Counted from the first letter of the stretch, positions 35,748 to 47,138 are shown. The stretch: 64,000 nucleotides of DNA from an uncultured Pseudobdellovibrionaceae bacterium (GCA_964351315.1 CAYGNH010000008.1:84180-148179), one strand, 5' to 3'. The notes: generated by a model not told the origin, from the sequence alone. Numbers and translations: made by a program.

Positions 35748-37395
35748 ATTGAGCTTTTCCTTCAACACTCGAAAGAAGAATATTGAGAAGTTAAAAAACG
35801 AAGAATTTGACCTCGTCATTGTCGGAGGGGGAATCACCGGGGCGGGAGTGGCTCGCGATGCATCGTCACGCGGGCTTAAGGTTGCCTTGGTCGAAGCCTC
35901 AGACTTTGCTTCTGGTACAAGTTCTCGCTCGACCAAATTAATCCATGGTGGCGTTCGCTATCTTGAAAACTTTGAATTTGGGTTGGTTTTTGAAGCCCTG
36001 GCTGAGCGAGCTCTTTTGTTTAAGATGGCACCCCACTTGGTGCACCCACTTCGTTTTTTGATACCCATTTATGAGAAATCTCGTGTTGGATATTACACAA
36101 TGTTGGCTGGGATGTGGCTTTATGACTTGCTGGCACTATTTGAAACTCCTCAACTGCATGAGAGCCACAACGCCAAGGAAACCAAAAAGAGAATAGAGTC
36201 TCTCAATGCGAGAGAGCTTATCGGCTCTATGGAATATTCGGATGCTTACACGGATGACGATCGCTTGGTGATCGAAACTTTACGAGACGCTCACAGAATG
36301 GGGGCGACGATCGTCAATTACGCAGAGGTGGTCTCCTGCGAAAAAATGGGAGAGCAAATCACTGATCTGACCGTCACGGATCAGCTTAGTGGAGAGAAGT
36401 TCAGCATCCAAGGGCGTCAGTTTGTTTCGGGAGTCGGACCATGGACGGATATTTTTGGCGAGAGAATCTTTGAGAATTGGAAGAAAAAACTGCGGCCGAC
36501 CAAGGGTGTTCACTTGGTTTTTCATAAAAAGAAAATTCCCGTTGAGAAAGCCGTGATGATGGCTGTCGAATCAAGAATAATCTTTGTGATTCCTAGGCAC
36601 GAGATGGTGATTGTGGGTACGACAGATACGGACTACCCGAATAATCCTGGGGATGTTTTTACAACGACTGATGATGTTCACTACTTACTGAATGCGCTCG
36701 AGCAATACTTTCCCAGCTTATCGATTTCGGAAAGTGATATTGTCTCGACTTATTGTGGGGTACGACCTCTCGTTGACGATGGATCAGAGACGGAAGGTAA
36801 AACCAGTCGTGAGCACAGCATTTGGGATGAAGGCCCCAACCTAACATTTATAGCCGGCGGAAAATACACAACTTATCGTTTGATTTCAGAGGAAGCCGTC
36901 GACTTTATTCTGAACAAGACATCCTTTGATGAAAGAATGGCCTATAATAAATCAGACACCAAAAAGCCCCTCAACCCACGTATTTCTGCCGAACTTTACG
37001 AGCGGGCGAGAAGTCGAGTCCAAGAGTTTTCGAAAGCTTACCATGTCAGCGTTCCATTGGTGAGCCGGCTGGTCGAGCGCCATGGTGACGAGGCCGAGGA
37101 CATTCTGATCAAAATTCACAACGAGTACAATATGTACACAGCCAACGAGGCGATGTGGATGGGCGAAGCTTTCTTTGCTATTGAAAACACCATGTGCCTA
37201 AGTCTTGTCGACTTTTATTGGCGGCGATCGCCCTTGTTTTTAGCCATGAGTGATCACGGCATGAAGTATTTAAACAATATTGCCACGGTTTTCGCCGAGC
37301 AGTTGTCTTGGTCGGATCATGAGAAAGAGCGACAGCAAGATTTGCTGATGACAACCATGCAAAGAGAACTTTCGTGGAGAGGTTTAATAAGTTAA
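35689..37395 (+). CDS. glpD: FAD-dependent glycerol-3-phosphate dehydrogenase
   Basis: 'FDLVIVGGGITGAGVARDASSRGLKVALVE' (dinucleotide-binding), 'GTSSRSTKLIHGGVRYLE' and a C-terminal GlpD alpha-helical domain. The exact start is uncertain (35689 or 35704). Confidence 0.88.
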   Translation: MDSQKMDTFTFPQPRFKRTKLSFSFNTRKKNIEKLKNEEFDLVIVGGGITGAGVARDASSRGLKVALVEASDFASGTSSRSTKLIHGGVRYLENFEFGLVFEALAERALLFKMAPHLVHPLRFLIPIYEKSRVGYYTMLAGMWLYDLLALFETPQLHESHNAKETKKRIESLNARELIGSMEYSDAYTDDDRLVIETLRDAHRMGATIVNYAEVVSCEKMGEQITDLTVTDQLSGEKFSIQGRQFVSGVGPWTDIFGERIFENWKKKLRPTKGVHLVFHKKKIPVEKAVMMAVESRIIFVIPRHEMVIVGTTDTDYPNNPGDVFTTTDDVHYLLNALEQYFPSLSISESDIVSTYCGVRPLVDDGSETEGKTSREHSIWDEGPNLTFIAGGKYTTYRLISEEAVDFILNKTSFDERMAYNKSDTKKPLNPRISAELYERARSRVQEFSKAYHVSVPLVSRLVERHGDEAEDILIKIHNEYNMYTANEAMWMGEAFFAIENTMCLSLVDFYWRRSPLFLAMSDHGMKYLNNIATVFAEQLSWSDHEKERQQDLLMTTMQRELSWRGLIS

Positions 37396-37847
37396 GAACG
37401 GAGCCTTTTTAGGGCTGCAATGACTTTAGGCAAACTGGCCATATTGTGTTTTCGAAGCTCCTGCAAAAATTCTGAGCCTCCAAGCTTGATGATTTTAAAA
37501 TAGCCTTTTCTGGTTATCTGCATGATATTGCTTGGCATTGAGATTTTGATGTCTCGACTGAGAACTTGTTTGGTCAACTTGATTCCTAGCTGGCCAGGGG
37601 AAAGATTTTTTTCAGAGACCAGAACGGCGATCGCCTCTGGTGAGGCATCAAAAATAAAATCTGGAGCCAAGGCGGTCTTTTCCTCAGCCAAAACCTGGTC
37701 CCCATCGTAAAGAACTCTAATTTCAACGGCTTGTGCGATTCGAATCGAGATCTCAGCCTTTCGGTTGAGGCAAGACAGGGTTTCTCGGCAAGCGGATTCG
37801 GTGGATAAGAATTCGATAAGATCATTCACTAATTGCTGTTTTTCCAT
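37392..37847 (-). CDS. Hypothetical protein
   Basis: 151-aa ORF with a 4-nt convergent overlap with glpD. I recognise no motif with confidence. Confidence 0.4.
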   Translation of the reverse strand: MEKQQLVNDLIEFLSTESACRETLSCLNRKAEISIRIAQAVEIRVLYDGDQVLAEEKTALAPDFIFDASPEAIAVLVSEKNLSPGQLGIKLTKQVLSRDIKISMPSNIMQITRKGYFKIIKLGGSEFLQELRKHNMASLPKVIAALKRLRS

Positions 37848-37982
37848 CCGGGCATTGAATGCCTTTTTGTCGAACCTGGCAATAATGCGGCGCCCCTACA
37901 AGAGGCCTCTGGGACCTCGTGGAAAATCTTCTAACCTCTTGTATTGACTCTTTTTTTATTAAACTTTAATCTTGACCCCTAG

Positions 37983-39041
<1,059 letters not shown>

Positions 39042-39053
39042 GGCGAAATTCCT

Positions 39054-40949
39054 GTGGGGGAAGAGAAAAAGCGCAAGTCACTTCGCGGACTGGTCTTTAC
39101 CTGGTTTTTCTTTTTCACCCTTGTGCCGTTAATTTTTCTGGCAGCGGTCGTTCAAAATCAATACCAAAAAACCATCAATCAACAAATTAAAGATCGTCTT
39201 ACTATTAATGTTCGAGAGCTTGAAGGTTTGTTTACAAAAGAACGGTCAACCTTGGAGCAGTTCCTAATAAAATCTCTTCAAGACAACTCGCTAATTTACT
39301 ATCTAAGCACCTTAGAGCCCAATGCTTTGAAAGCCACTTTAAGTGATAAAATTAAACTTTTTGGGCAACAAGAGGTGCGGGTCTACACACAAGGTGGTCA
39401 GGTCTTTGTCTACTTTAAAGATGATTTTCAAACGGTTCATGGCCAGTTGGATCTTCCAATGGTTTTGCGAGACCGCCTTGAAGAGGAATCCACAATACAT
39501 CGTGTTCTTTTTCAGCAGAGCGAAAAAGGTGAAAACGTTCTTAGCCTTTCTATCGTTCGCAAGATTGTCGGCGTGCAAGACAGAACCGTTGGCTACATCG
39601 AGACGGTCTTGCCAGTAGACAATCAATATATCGATCAAATCACGCAAAATATTGGTGCTGAGGTTGTATTTTTTGATGGCGATGGAAGGGTCCTCTTAAC
39701 CTCCCTTCCCACCTTGAGTGGTCAGTTGGATCAAAGTAAAAACTTTCTCAGTGGCCGCGATAAATTTTTTGAATTTAATGTTGAGGGCAACCCCTACGCC
39801 TTTATGTCAACTGCGATCAGTTGGGGTGAGTTAGACTTTCTGATGGGGATGGGCTCCTCTAAACAGTCTGCAGAAGCCAGTATTCGTAACGTTAATTATA
39901 TGATTATTTTTACCTTTCTAAGCTTTTTTGCTTTTTTGCTAATAATGAGTTTCTACTTCGTGCGAGAAGTGATTTCTCCTATCGAAGCGTTAATCAAGGC
40001 TTCACGAGGACTGAAAGATGCTCGCGAGGCGCCCTTCATCCCGAATCACAGCAAAACAGAAATCGCCGAGCTGGTTGATGCATTTAACGAGATGAGTATT
40101 CAGATTGTCGAATCAGATCAAAAAATGAAAAATCAGCTAGATCTTTTAGAACAGGCCAACAATAAAATTAAAAACACACAAAGCCAATTGGTTCAATCAG
40201 CCAAGCTGGCTAGCCTAGGAGAGCTGGTCGCAGGTATTGCCCACGAGCTCAACAATCCTATTGGTTTTATTTACTCGAATATCGGTCACCTCCGCGAGTA
40301 CTCGCAATCGCTATTTAGCATTATTGATAAAACAAAATCGAACAAAGGTGAGCTCGATCTGCTTCTTGTTGAAGAGGATTATGATTACATCAAGAAAGAT
40401 TTACCAAAGCTCATACAGTCTTGTGAGGAAGGTTCCAACCGAGCTAAAGACATAGTTTTAGGGCTTCGTAATTTTTCTCGTGCAGATGAAGAAAAAACCC
40501 AAGCCTTTGATGTTAACTCTGGGATTGACAGTACTCTGAAGCTGCTGGCGGGCGAGCTAAAAAGTAAGGCTCTGGTACGCAAAGACTATAACGAGGTTCC
40601 AAAAATCAACTGTAACATCAATCAAATGAAGCAAGTGTTTATGAACATATTGAATAATGCTATTCAGGCCCTTGAGGTTGAAGGTGATATTCATATTAAA
40701 ACAGAGTTTCTGAGCGAGCAAAAAATTGTTCGAGTGACGTTTAGAGACAACGGAATCGGGATTGAAAAGGACAACGTCGAGAAAATCTTCGACCCGTTTT
40801 ACACCACCAAGTCCGTTGGCGAGGGGACGGGTCTGGGGCTTAGCATCTCCTACGGAATCGTTAAATCCCATGGAGGCCAAATCTCAGTAGAAAGCGAACC
40901 CGGAAAAGGAACGACTTTTATTATCGATTTGCCGGTCTATCGAGAGTAG
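39054..40949 (+). CDS. Sensor histidine kinase (periplasmic sensor, HAMP, HisKA, HATPase_c)
   Basis: Two TMs flank a roughly 260-aa extracytoplasmic domain. H-box is 'GIAHELNNPIGF', N-box 'NILNNAIQA', and G-boxes 'RDNGIGI' and 'GTGLGLSISYGIV'. GTG start. There is no adjacent response regulator. Confidence 0.88.
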   Translation: MGEEKKRKSLRGLVFTWFFFFTLVPLIFLAAVVQNQYQKTINQQIKDRLTINVRELEGLFTKERSTLEQFLIKSLQDNSLIYYLSTLEPNALKATLSDKIKLFGQQEVRVYTQGGQVFVYFKDDFQTVHGQLDLPMVLRDRLEEESTIHRVLFQQSEKGENVLSLSIVRKIVGVQDRTVGYIETVLPVDNQYIDQITQNIGAEVVFFDGDGRVLLTSLPTLSGQLDQSKNFLSGRDKFFEFNVEGNPYAFMSTAISWGELDFLMGMGSSKQSAEASIRNVNYMIIFTFLSFFAFLLIMSFYFVREVISPIEALIKASRGLKDAREAPFIPNHSKTEIAELVDAFNEMSIQIVESDQKMKNQLDLLEQANNKIKNTQSQLVQSAKLASLGELVAGIAHELNNPIGFIYSNIGHLREYSQSLFSIIDKTKSNKGELDLLLVEEDYDYIKKDLPKLIQSCEEGSNRAKDIVLGLRNFSRADEEKTQAFDVNSGIDSTLKLLAGELKSKALVRKDYNEVPKINCNINQMKQVFMNILNNAIQALEVEGDIHIKTEFLSEQKIVRVTFRDNGIGIEKDNVEKIFDPFYTTKSVGEGTGLGLSISYGIVKSHGGQISVESEPGKGTTFIIDLPVYRE

Positions 40950-41063
40950 GTTGACGTTTTCTTACCACTTTGAAACGACTGAACCGAGATAAGAAATGTC
41001 TTATTTTGAAACACATCCAAGCCAATTTAAATTAATAGACCTAAATTCCGATAATATAGAACT

Positions 41064-41570
41064 ATGAACCAGTACATCATCCCTGGAATTCTATTTTGCT
41101 TAACGCTGTTCTTCGCCTACCTATTTGTGGCCGGGCCCATTGGCGGTGCCGACATAGTAGACTCAAGTGATCTCTCGGGAAAAGTTTCCTATAATCGCCT
41201 GCAAAACTTGAAGGAACAAACCAAAGTTCGTTTGGATGTTAAAAAACAGCAAGCCCTTCTTGAACAAACCGGCGCTAAACCTATTCTGGACCCCGAGGCC
41301 GATAAAAAAAACAGCCTTCATCAATTGGATATTAATGAAGACTACGGCCCGGCGGCCTTCGACGTGAATAAGCGAAAGTCTGCGAGCGCGATGACCCTGG
41401 ACCAGAAAATGGATGAATTCTTGGCCGAAAGGCAACACTTTGACGAAATGGAAAAGCTGAAAAAACAGGAGTATGTCAGACGGTTTGTCGAAGAGTCCAA
41501 GCGCATGGGTTTTGAGGTTAAAATCAATGACGATATGGAAATCGTTAGCGTGAAAAAGCTAAAAAAATAG
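41064..41570 (+). CDS. Hypothetical membrane-anchored coiled-coil protein
   Basis: N-terminal TM 'IIPGILFCLTLFFAYLFVAG', then a charged Lys/Glu/Gln-rich region. Confidence 0.5.
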   Translation: MNQYIIPGILFCLTLFFAYLFVAGPIGGADIVDSSDLSGKVSYNRLQNLKEQTKVRLDVKKQQALLEQTGAKPILDPEADKKNSLHQLDINEDYGPAAFDVNKRKSASAMTLDQKMDEFLAERQHFDEMEKLKKQEYVRRFVEESKRMGFEVKINDDMEIVSVKKLKK

Positions 41571-41700
41571 GCCATGCAGAATTAATCTGACCCACCGAGA
41601 GGTCAAACCCACCCATTCGGCTCCCAGCGCATTGCTCGCTTCCCCTAATCCCTCTAGACTGATTGTAATATGATATGGATCATCAATGAGGAGTTGAGTC

Positions 41701-42297
41701 ATGTTTAAGAAGATAGCTATTTTAGTCAGTGTGTTGGTCACCTTTTCAGCCTGTGGGCCTAAAGGGTTTATTAAAGGCGAATATGATGAGGACGTTTCCA
41801 GCGACAATCTCCTGAACGATCGTTGGTCTGAAACGGATATGCAAAAAGTGGTCAAAGATTTGGTCGCGAAAATGCTACAAAGCCGTCACATAAAAAATGC
41901 AAAAACACCTCCGATTATTATGGTGACTCGGTTAAGAAATGAAACCGATGAGCACATCAATACAGACAGCATTATGGATATGGTCCGGGCTGAGCTTCAA
42001 AATGCATCGGAAGTGGAGTTTGTAAACAAAGCCGCTCGTGACGATGTTTCGGAAGAGTATGAATACCAAAATTCGGGAATGGTTTCTGGCGAGACTAAGA
42101 AAGGTCCGGGAGGACAAATTGGAGCGGACTTTATTCTCGATGGTGCCTTAACGTCGAATGTTCAAGATATCAACAAACAGAAGACGGTTTATTATAAGGT
42201 CACTTTAAACCTTACGAATTTGCAGACCAATGTTATCAAGTGGACCAACTATAAAGAGTTGCGAAAGAAGTACAAAAAACGTCGCTTAGGCCTCTAG
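41701..42297 (+). CDS. LpoB-like (COG3417) lipoprotein
   Basis: Lipobox 'VTFSAC'. 'WSETDMQKVVKDLVAKML', 'IIMVTRLRNETDEHINTDSIMDMVRAELQN' and 'GADFILDGALTS..YKVTLNLTNLQTNVIKW' parallel E. coli LpoB ('WNGAMQPMVSKML', 'VDSVNNRTNGSLN..', 'GAHYVLYSS..LQMQLMLVQTGEIIW') by eye. Confidence 0.55.
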   Translation: MFKKIAILVSVLVTFSACGPKGFIKGEYDEDVSSDNLLNDRWSETDMQKVVKDLVAKMLQSRHIKNAKTPPIIMVTRLRNETDEHINTDSIMDMVRAELQNASEVEFVNKAARDDVSEEYEYQNSGMVSGETKKGPGGQIGADFILDGALTSNVQDINKQKTVYYKVTLNLTNLQTNVIKWTNYKELRKKYKKRRLGL

Positions 42298-42306
42298 GTT
42301 AGGAAT

Positions 42307-43533
42307 TTGTCAAAAGTCGGTTGCGTGAAACATTGGCCCTTACTTTTAGTCTTAGTGATCGCTAGCTGCGCGACTTACCAGTCGAAGGTTGAAAAGGCTC
42401 GCGACCAATTGTCCATGGGGTCGCCACAGATGGCGGCCAGTCTTTTTGCCGAAAAAGCCAGTGAAGAGGGTAAGGATCAACTTCTTTTCATGTTGGATTA
42501 TGGAATTGCTCTGCACGAAGCGGGCGACCTAGAGAAAAGCAATGAAATTTTAATTCAAGCCGACCGGCTAGCTGAAGTAAAAGATTACACCAGTCTTTCA
42601 CGTGAGGCTGGCTCTTTGTTTTTAAATGAAGCTCTTATTCAGTATAAAAGTGAGCGATTCGAAAATATTTTAATTAATACTTATTTGGCTCTTAACTTTA
42701 CCTTGATGGGTGATTATGAAAACGCCTTGGTGGAATGTCGACGCATTGACAACAAAATCTACAAGCAAAAATTAGAAAATGAGGACGCCAGAAAAAGTTT
42801 TTTTGCTCGCTACCTGTCAGCCATGATTTGGGAGGCTCAGGGTAAGTGGGACTCAGCTTACATCGACTATAAAAATGCTTACGAAATCAATCCCAATCTA
42901 AGCTACTTGGGTAAAGACTTGATACGGTCAGCGTGGAGGGCCCGTCGACAGCAGGACTTAGCGGATTGGAAACATAAATATCCCCACTTTGATTTGTCTG
43001 ATATTAAACAGGAGACTCGCAACAATGGCGAGTTGGTTTTTATTTATCAGCAAGGCTGGATTCCTCGCAAGCGGCCACGCCCGGAAAACTTTCGTTTTCC
43101 CCACCTTGTTCCACAATACACGGGCTTCACTGAGGCTGTGGTCGAAGTCGATGGCACTAGAAAATCCACCTCGAATATGCTTTACGATGTCGGGCGAGAA
43201 GCGACACGCACCCTGGACAATGACTACGCTTACTTGGTCGCCAAAAAAGTCGCTGGGTTTATTGCTAAGGAAATCGCGGCCGATCAGATTCGCCAACGCA
43301 ACGAAGCCTTAGGGGCCCTGGCTCTGATTGCCATGCATGTTTCGGATCAAGCCGATTTAAGGCAGTGGTCCACGTTACCCGATAGTTTTCAGATCACTAA
43401 GATCAGTTTGCCTCCAGGGAGCCACGCTATCAAAGTCTATGCCCAGGGCTCAGCGGGAGAGCGCCTGATTTTCGACTCGACCATCGAAATCAAAAAAGGT
43501 CGCAAAACCTTTATCTCAGAACGAACCTTTTAA
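42307..43533 (+). CDS. TPR-containing lipoprotein (hypothetical, COG3014-like)
   Basis: TTG start. Lipobox 'LVIASC'. TPR-like helices ('YENALVECRRIDNKI', 'GKWDSAYIDYKNAYEINPN'). It lies directly downstream of the LpoB-like gene. Confidence 0.45.
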   Translation: MSKVGCVKHWPLLLVLVIASCATYQSKVEKARDQLSMGSPQMAASLFAEKASEEGKDQLLFMLDYGIALHEAGDLEKSNEILIQADRLAEVKDYTSLSREAGSLFLNEALIQYKSERFENILINTYLALNFTLMGDYENALVECRRIDNKIYKQKLENEDARKSFFARYLSAMIWEAQGKWDSAYIDYKNAYEINPNLSYLGKDLIRSAWRARRQQDLADWKHKYPHFDLSDIKQETRNNGELVFIYQQGWIPRKRPRPENFRFPHLVPQYTGFTEAVVEVDGTRKSTSNMLYDVGREATRTLDNDYAYLVAKKVAGFIAKEIAADQIRQRNEALGALALIAMHVSDQADLRQWSTLPDSFQITKISLPPGSHAIKVYAQGSAGERLIFDSTIEIKKGRKTFISERTF

Positions 43534-43705
43534 TATTGAAATTTATCAAGGTTCTAGCCGATAGGACCCTAAGAAGCCGAGACTCCTATGCTTTTTGAAA
43601 TTTTTTGTTCTGTCTCATTGGGAGTGATGGCCATCGATGTCTTGGGGCAATTGAATCTTCAGATGTCAGGGCAATAAATAACCGGAGTTCGATAAAAACA
43701 GAAAA

Positions 43706-43735
43706 ACCCTGATGGAAAAAGCACCAGGGTCTTTT
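43706..43735. terminator. Bidirectional rho-independent terminator
   Basis: Stem ACCCTGATG / CACCAGGGT (43706-43714 / 43722-43730, one G:U pair), 7-nt loop, CTTTT after it on the + strand and a T-rich run on the - strand. It lies between convergent genes. Confidence 0.7.
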
Positions 43736-43761
43736 AGCTCAAAACTTTTGATTCGAATCGA

Positions 43762-44316
43762 CTACTGGTTCGGGTTCAAAAAGTTTTTGTTTGGGTTGGG
43801 AAGGCTGGGAGTCTCTTCCTTTTGTTGAGGAAGACGTCCAGTAAACTCTTGTGAGCTTCCGCTTGTCGCCGCTTGGGCCACTCGGTTTTCTAAAGATTGT
43901 TTTACGGAGTCGTAACTTTCGGCCGCTTTATCAACAACAGAGTCGGAATTGGACTTGCTGCTAGAGGTCGAAGGCTGAGCCGATTTAACGATATATTCTT
44001 TCGGAAAAGCACCAAGCTTAGCCAGATAGCTAGAAATACTGCCGTTGGCGTGTTGGATGATCTCACGCAAAGTGAAAAGGGGAGCGTACTGAGAGGCTTT
44101 CTTTTCAGACTCGAAAATAATCTGAGTCAATGTGGCAGCAGTGATGTCATTTTTGGTTTTGTTATCAATCACCATGACTTCTTCGTTGGCGCGAATCATT
44201 TTAGCGATATCGTCAAGTGTGACATAACAGCTTTGCTGAGTGTCGTAGAGTTTTCTGTTTTGATATCTCTTAATGATCTTTACTTTTTTGCTGGTGTCTT
44301 GGTTTGAGCTAATCAA
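43762..44316 (-). CDS. phaR: PHA synthesis repressor PhaR-like DNA-binding protein
   Basis: 'IIKRYQNRKLYDTQQSCYVTLDDIAKMIRANEEVMVIDNKTKNDITAATLTQIIFE' matches the PHB_acc_N / PhaR N-terminal signature (KKYxNRRLYDT..YVTL.D). Confidence 0.7.
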   Translation of the reverse strand: MISSNQDTSKKVKIIKRYQNRKLYDTQQSCYVTLDDIAKMIRANEEVMVIDNKTKNDITAATLTQIIFESEKKASQYAPLFTLREIIQHANGSISSYLAKLGAFPKEYIVKSAQPSTSSSKSNSDSVVDKAAESYDSVKQSLENRVAQAATSGSSQEFTGRLPQQKEETPSLPNPNKNFLNPNQ

Positions 44317-44654
44317 GGTTTTCCTCCCATTGACTTGGATGGTTTGTCTCCCACCCGGAATGTTGCTGTGTTCAGGCGGAATCTATTCGGGCCGCCACAG
44401 CTTGTCAAGGAAGCCAGACCCTGATTACTTAATAATCATCCCAAATAACGCGCAATTTAATTGTCTGAGTAATCATTAATAATTTCAGTATCTTAAATAA
44501 GAACGGCCTTCCTTGGTTATTTTCGGAAATGAGAACTAAATGCAATTTCAGAGCCGGACAAAAGCCTGCGTCCAGTTTACTGGCGCGGACTTCAAGAGAT
44601 GGGGTGGATCCACCGATAGGAACTTAACGAACCTATAGAAGATGTGGAGTACTC

Positions 44655-46490
44655 ATGAGAATTGGCAAAAAAACTCAGTTATTATATGTATTTACATTGA
44701 TAGCCGGGTGCTCTCACTTGGGTCTAGAGAGCTCATCAAAAAGTCCCTTCATCAGTCAGGCGGCCATGGTAAAAAATGAGGCGCCGGCAGAGATGAGAAT
44801 TCCCGATCAAGACCCCGATCAGGTCAACGACACCTACATGAGCACCAAAGCAGACTACCATTTCACCTTAGCGGAATCGTATAGCCTTCAGGAAGAGGCG
44901 GCCAAGGCGGTGGAGAATTACAAGTTGGCCCTGGTGTATGATCAAGAGTCACCTCAGATTCGATACAGGTTGGCTTTAGAGTACGTAAAGTTGGGGTTGG
45001 TCACCGAGGCGATGAACCAATGCCAGGATGCCTTGAAAACAGAACCCACACACAAAGACTCTGCCTTGCTTTTGGGGGGACTGCTGTCGGCCATGCACAT
45101 GTATGACCAAGCGCTGGAGCTCTATCAAAAGACTTTGACCCATTATCCAAACGATCTAGAGACCTCCCTCTTTATTGGGGCCTTGCACGCTGAAAAAGGA
45201 AACTTTGATCAATCCATCGCCCATTTCAAGAAGATGGTCAGAAACCCTAAAATCAAAGACAAATCTCAGCCTTGGTACTACTTGGGCCGAGTCTACAGTT
45301 CAAAACCCGAACCAGACTACTCCAACGCGGAAGCCGCATTTGTTACCAGTTTGAAATTGGACCCGGAGGCGATTGATGTGGTGATGGCGCTGGGAACGAT
45401 CTATGAAACTTTGAAACAAGAGACGAAACTGAAGCGCTTATACTCCAATTTTCAGGAAGAGTTTGGGACTCACCATGTTATTGCTGAACGGCTTGCCCAG
45501 ATCTATTTGAATGAGGACAAATTAGACCAGGCCATTGAGCAGCTTAAAGTAGTCGAGGCTTATGATTTTCAGAATTTGAACATCAGCTTGAAAATTGCTC
45601 TGATTATGATTGAACAAAAAAAATACCAGTCAGCAATAGACAAGCTTGAGGGTATTTTGCAAAAGTCTCCAGACTCTGAAAAGGTTCGCTTTTACCTGGG
45701 AGCCCTCTATGAAGAGGTCAAGGATTATCGCGCAGCGATTCAGCAGTTTGAAACCATTAAGTTTGGCAGCACTTACTACGAAGACAGTGTTATGCACGCG
45801 GCCTACCTTCATAAACTGCAAGGCGACGTCGGGCGTGCGATCAGCTCGGTTGAAGATGGATTGAAACATAAGAAAGACAGTCCTAAATTTTGGATTCTTC
45901 ATGCCTCATTACTGGATGAAGAGAATAAGGTGGCAGAGGCGCAAACGGTTTTGTTGACGGCGGTCAAGATGTTTCCAGAAGACATCCAAATTCATTTTCA
46001 ATTGGGTTCTGTTTATGATCGACTCGGGCAAAAAGATAAAACTGTGGAACACATGCAGAAGGTTTTAGGACTGGACGCAAATCATGTGCAAGCATTGAAT
46101 TATTTGGCCTATGTCTATGCTGACGGCACTCGTAATCTGAAAGAGGCCGAACAGTTGGTCCGTAAAGCCTTGAAGTTGCAACCAGGTGATGGTTTTATAC
46201 TCGACACTCTAGGTTGGGTCCTGTTTAAACAAGACCGCGTTTCGGAAGCTGTTAAGGTTCTAGAGAGAGCCCATAACAAAGAAAACAAAGAAGCCATTAT
46301 CGCCGAGCATTTGGGTGATGCCTATTTTCGACATAAACTGCCTCGCAAAGCCAAGCAAATGTACGAAAAAGCGGCCGAGCTTGAAAAAGACAGTGATCAA
46401 AAACAAAAGATTCAGTCGAAAATTAGCTCAATTGATCAGCGTTTGCAGGCTGAAAAATCCCGATCGGGTCGAAGCCCCGCTTCTAACTAA
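44655..46490 (+). CDS. Multi-TPR repeat lipoprotein
   Basis: Lipobox 'LIAGC'. There are more than 10 TPR-like units (for example 'AVENYKLALVYDQESPQIRYRLALEYVKLG' and 'LNYLAYVYADG..EAEQLVRKALKLQP'). Confidence 0.7.
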   Translation: MRIGKKTQLLYVFTLIAGCSHLGLESSSKSPFISQAAMVKNEAPAEMRIPDQDPDQVNDTYMSTKADYHFTLAESYSLQEEAAKAVENYKLALVYDQESPQIRYRLALEYVKLGLVTEAMNQCQDALKTEPTHKDSALLLGGLLSAMHMYDQALELYQKTLTHYPNDLETSLFIGALHAEKGNFDQSIAHFKKMVRNPKIKDKSQPWYYLGRVYSSKPEPDYSNAEAAFVTSLKLDPEAIDVVMALGTIYETLKQETKLKRLYSNFQEEFGTHHVIAERLAQIYLNEDKLDQAIEQLKVVEAYDFQNLNISLKIALIMIEQKKYQSAIDKLEGILQKSPDSEKVRFYLGALYEEVKDYRAAIQQFETIKFGSTYYEDSVMHAAYLHKLQGDVGRAISSVEDGLKHKKDSPKFWILHASLLDEENKVAEAQTVLLTAVKMFPEDIQIHFQLGSVYDRLGQKDKTVEHMQKVLGLDANHVQALNYLAYVYADGTRNLKEAEQLVRKALKLQPGDGFILDTLGWVLFKQDRVSEAVKVLERAHNKENKEAIIAEHLGDAYFRHKLPRKAKQMYEKAAELEKDSDQKQKIQSKISSIDQRLQAEKSRSGRSPASN

Positions 46491-46529
46491 GTCCTTGGAA
46501 ACCAGTGACTTTGGCTTTAAGGTCAAAGC

Positions 46530-47138
46530 ATGAAAAAACTTGTTCCCCTTTTAATTATAGCTTGGCTCGTTTCCAGTTGTTCAACAGCGCCCAAAAGCCC
46601 TGGTCAGCATACAGATACCGGTATTTGGGCGGGAAAAGTTCAAATGACCAATCAGCAGACCAGTCACCGGAAGTGGGCGAACGTAACCTGGGCCAGTGAT
46701 TCTGATCAAGATCGAATGCGGGTGGATGTCAGCGCGATCCTAGACGTTCCAATCGCCACATTTATCAAAAACGAAGAAGGCTCTCACTTGTGGTTATTCA
46801 CAGAGAAAAAATATTTTTTTTCAAAAGATGGTGAAAAACTTTTTCAGTTCTTAACAAAACTTTCAGTCAACCCAAATATTTTTTATAAGTTATTAGGAGT
46901 TCCTGAATCTCCTGGAACTGAATGGAATTGTGAATCACAACCACAACTATTTAAGTGTTTTTCGCGAGCCAGGCAGACCCAATTTTCAGTGGTCCATGCC
47001 GATCCGAATCAGCGAGTCATTCAGGTCGAAAAGGGCCCCAAAACCTTGCGGGTAAGGCTTTCCCGGTCGAAGGTCCAGTTGCAAGATAGGCTCTTTAAAA
47101 AGCTCTCGACGTCTCAATTCAAAACATTTCGAATATAG
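46530..47138 (+). CDS. LolB-like outer-membrane lipoprotein
   Basis: Lipobox 'LVSSC'. 'WAGKVQMTNQQTSHRKWANVTWASDSDQDRMRVDVSAILDVPIATF' parallels the LolB pattern '[38 protein letters not shown]'. The size (202 aa) fits. Confidence 0.45.
   Translation: MKKLVPLLIIAWLVSSCSTAPKSPGQHTDTGIWAGKVQMTNQQTSHRKWANVTWASDSDQDRMRVDVSAILDVPIATFIKNEEGSHLWLFTEKKYFFSKDGEKLFQFLTKLSVNPNIFYKLLGVPESPGTEWNCESQPQLFKCFSRARQTQFSVVHADPNQRVIQVEKGPKTLRVRLSRSKVQLQDRLFKKLSTSQFKTFRI

Noticed and set aside
37849-37870. Hairpin GGCAT-TGA-ATGCC plus a T-run on the plus strand, which could be a terminator
   Set aside because: It lies immediately upstream of the start codon of the minus-strand gene 37392..37847, far from any plus-strand gene end. 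It is more likely a 5'-UTR structure or coincidence.
43588-43677. 29-codon hydrophobic ORF (MLFEIFCSVSLGVMAIDVLGQLNLQMSGQ) just upstream of the bidirectional terminator, which could be a small toxin-like peptide
   Set aside because: It has no Shine-Dalgarno sequence and no visible promoter, and its length is within chance expectation. I cannot support it without conservation or ribosome-profiling data.
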